Position numbers and translations under genes: made by a program. The notes under the pieces were generated by a model that was given only the letters and a program-made list of their open reading frames with translations, was not told the origin of the DNA and did no database searches. From assembly GCF_006345805.1 (NCBI RefSeq), contig NC_043014.1, forward strand, positions 8,556,001-8,620,000: a stretch of DNA of 64,000 nt, read 5' to 3'. The stretch comes from Octopus sinensis (Eukaryota). Shown piece after piece: positions 62,178-64,000 of the stretch (within the stretch, counting starts at the first letter, position 1; each line of letters starts with the position of its first letter).

Positions 62178-62940
62178 GCGGCGAGCTGGCAGACACGTTA
62201 GCCCGCCGGGTGAAATGCATAGCGGTATTTCGTCTGCGTTACGTTGTGAGTTCAAATTCCGCCGAGGTCGACTTTGCCTTTCATCCTTTCGGGGTCGATA
62301 AATTAAGTACCAGTTACGCACTGGGGTCGATGTAATCGACTTAATACCTATGTCTGTCCTTGTTTGTCCCCTCTATGTTTAGCTCCCTGCGGGTAATAAA
62401 GAAATGGGTATTTCGTCTGCCGCTTCGTTCTGAGTTCAAATTCCGCCGAGGTCGACTTTGCCTTTCATCCTTTCGGGGTCGATTAAATAAGTACCAGTTA
62501 CGCACTGGGGTCGATATAATCGACTTAATCCGTTTGTCTGTCCTTGTTTGTCCCCTCTGTGTTTAGCCCCTTGTGGGTAGTAAAGAAATAGGTATTTCGT
62601 CTGCCGTTACGTTCTGGGTTCAAATTCCGCCGAGGTCGACTTTGCCTTTCATCCTTTCGGGGTCGATAAATTAAGTACCAGTTGCGCACTGTGGTCGATA
62701 TAATCGACTAAATCCGTTTGTCTGTCCTTGTTTGTCCTCTCTGTGTTTAGCCCCTTGTGGGTAGTAAAGAAATAGGTATTTCGTCTGCCGCCACGTTCTG
62801 AGTTCAGATTCCGCCGTAGTTGCCGCTGCCTTTAATCCTTTCAGGGCTAATGAAATAACTACCTGTTGAACCCTGGGGTCGATGTAATTGACTTACCCCT
62901 TTCCTGAGCTTGCTGGCCTACTGCCCAATTTTGAAACCGA
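62178..62940 (+). repeat. SINE-B array: head, three young bodies, one old body with a different tail
   Basis: Units start at GGTATTTCGTCTG at ~62224, 62407, 62591, 62775. Confidence 0.88.
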
Positions 62941-63637
62941 TATTTCTACAGGGAGCGGTAGCACAGTTAGCGTGTGTGCCACACGAAGCATCCCCTCGAG
63001 TATGGAGTTCCTTCAGGGTTCCCCATAGCCTGTACAAGAGTATACAGTAGACCAAAAACTGCCGCCCCCTGTAAAAACGTCGGCCTGGGCAGAAGTCCTC
63101 TTTGCCAACGCTACTGCCAAGAGGATACGTGGTGGTGTTATATAAGAAGCCTGGACTGTATAATGTGGAATAGTGGAATGAGAAAAAATGACCTGAATAG
63201 CTCTCCTCCAGTAGATATTATTCTGAAGACGCCAATGTTCTTCGAGGTTTTTTTAAAATCCTCTCATTGAAAGCAAATAGTGAATCCCATATTGCTGTAA
63301 TGGACTTCAAGGAAAAAATGGTGTAAGACATTTGGTAATGCCATACCTATCTAAAAACGCCATTTGGGAACGAGAAACATAAAAAAATATTGACAAATAA
63401 GAGTGTGTTTATAATTACTTGGTTAGTTAGGAAGGAAGATCGATATGATACCCGAAAATATCAATGAAAATAGGGCCTATTAGATTTGACAAAACAGCTA
63501 ATAACAACGAGAGAAATTATGATAACCTTTTGATGCCAGTTCGACTGAGTCCGCTCCTGGTTCTAAGACTTCAGTAACTTTATGTGCTGGCCCAAGTAAA
63601 AGATAAACGAGAGAGATTTGCCCTTGGCTCTATATAT

Positions 63638-63688
<51 letters not shown>

Positions 63689-63745
63689 CGGAGATGTACT
63701 TGCATAGCAAGTGATTTGATCTGAGATCGTGTGTGCTGAAACGAA

Positions 63746-63982
63746 AACAATTGCCGCGTGGAAGGTGTTTGTAAGCCATTTAAGAAACACACAAAAGCCG
63801 TTCGATTCACTTCAACATTTAAGTTTAATTTGTCAAAATATTTTCGTCGCTTTAAGACCGCGACCTGTTCGTGACAAAAATCCGTGCAGCATTAATGACA
63901 AATTAAACTTAAATGTTGAAGTGAATCGAACGGCTCTGTGTTTCTTAAATGGCTTACAAACACCTTCCACGCTGCAATTGTT
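63746..63982. repeat. Fold-back element with ~88-bp inverted arms and 60-nt loop, between (TA)n tracts
   Basis: 63746-63835 versus 63896-63982. Confidence 0.92.
63829..63878 (-). ncRNA. Degenerate minimal hammerhead motif
   Basis: TTTGTCA-CGAACA-G-GTCGC-GGTCTTAAA-GCGAC-GAAA-ATAT-TT-TGACAAA: three stems and GAAA intact, CUGANGA box damaged. Confidence 0.5.
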
Positions 63983-64000
63983 ATATATATATATATATAT

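Noticed and set aside
62960-63380. Coding-like GC-richer patch and 98-aa ORF
   Set aside because: No recognisable motif; stops in the other frames; cannot be assigned

Overview
AT-rich, repeat-dense animal genomic DNA with spliceosomal introns. The tRNA-derived SINE families resemble those described from Octopus, so an octopod origin is likely (inference from memory, not searched). Two host genes are supported: an intronless ISCA2 (1517-1987, +) and a 3-coding-exon RECQL5 (-; 29457-29358, 20063-19299, 17549-14293; about 1373 aa). The remainder is transposon debris and microsatellite: at least four SINE families (one forming head-less ~180-bp tandem arrays), non-autonomous Helitrons, GG-ended elements with 8-bp target duplications (Merlin-like), RTE, R4/Dong, mariner and hAT fragments, and a decayed Penelope-like (Naiad-type) RT ORF. 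The most interesting hidden layer is a set of short elements embedded in (TA)n tracts. They carry minimal type I hammerhead ribozyme motifs (4663-4697, 36832-36894, 63829-63878), two of them with the same non-canonical CCGACGA core, and several form 87-120-bp perfect-looking fold-back hairpins whose loops hold hammerhead remnants. Also notable are a divergent inverted pair of tRNA-Thr(CGT)-like sequences with an encoded CCA, and a Helitron flanked by a 21-bp duplication. Most annotated ORFs are microsatellite or SINE artefacts. There is a 100-N gap at 56461-56560. Repeat boundaries are approximate unless exact termini or TSDs are quoted.
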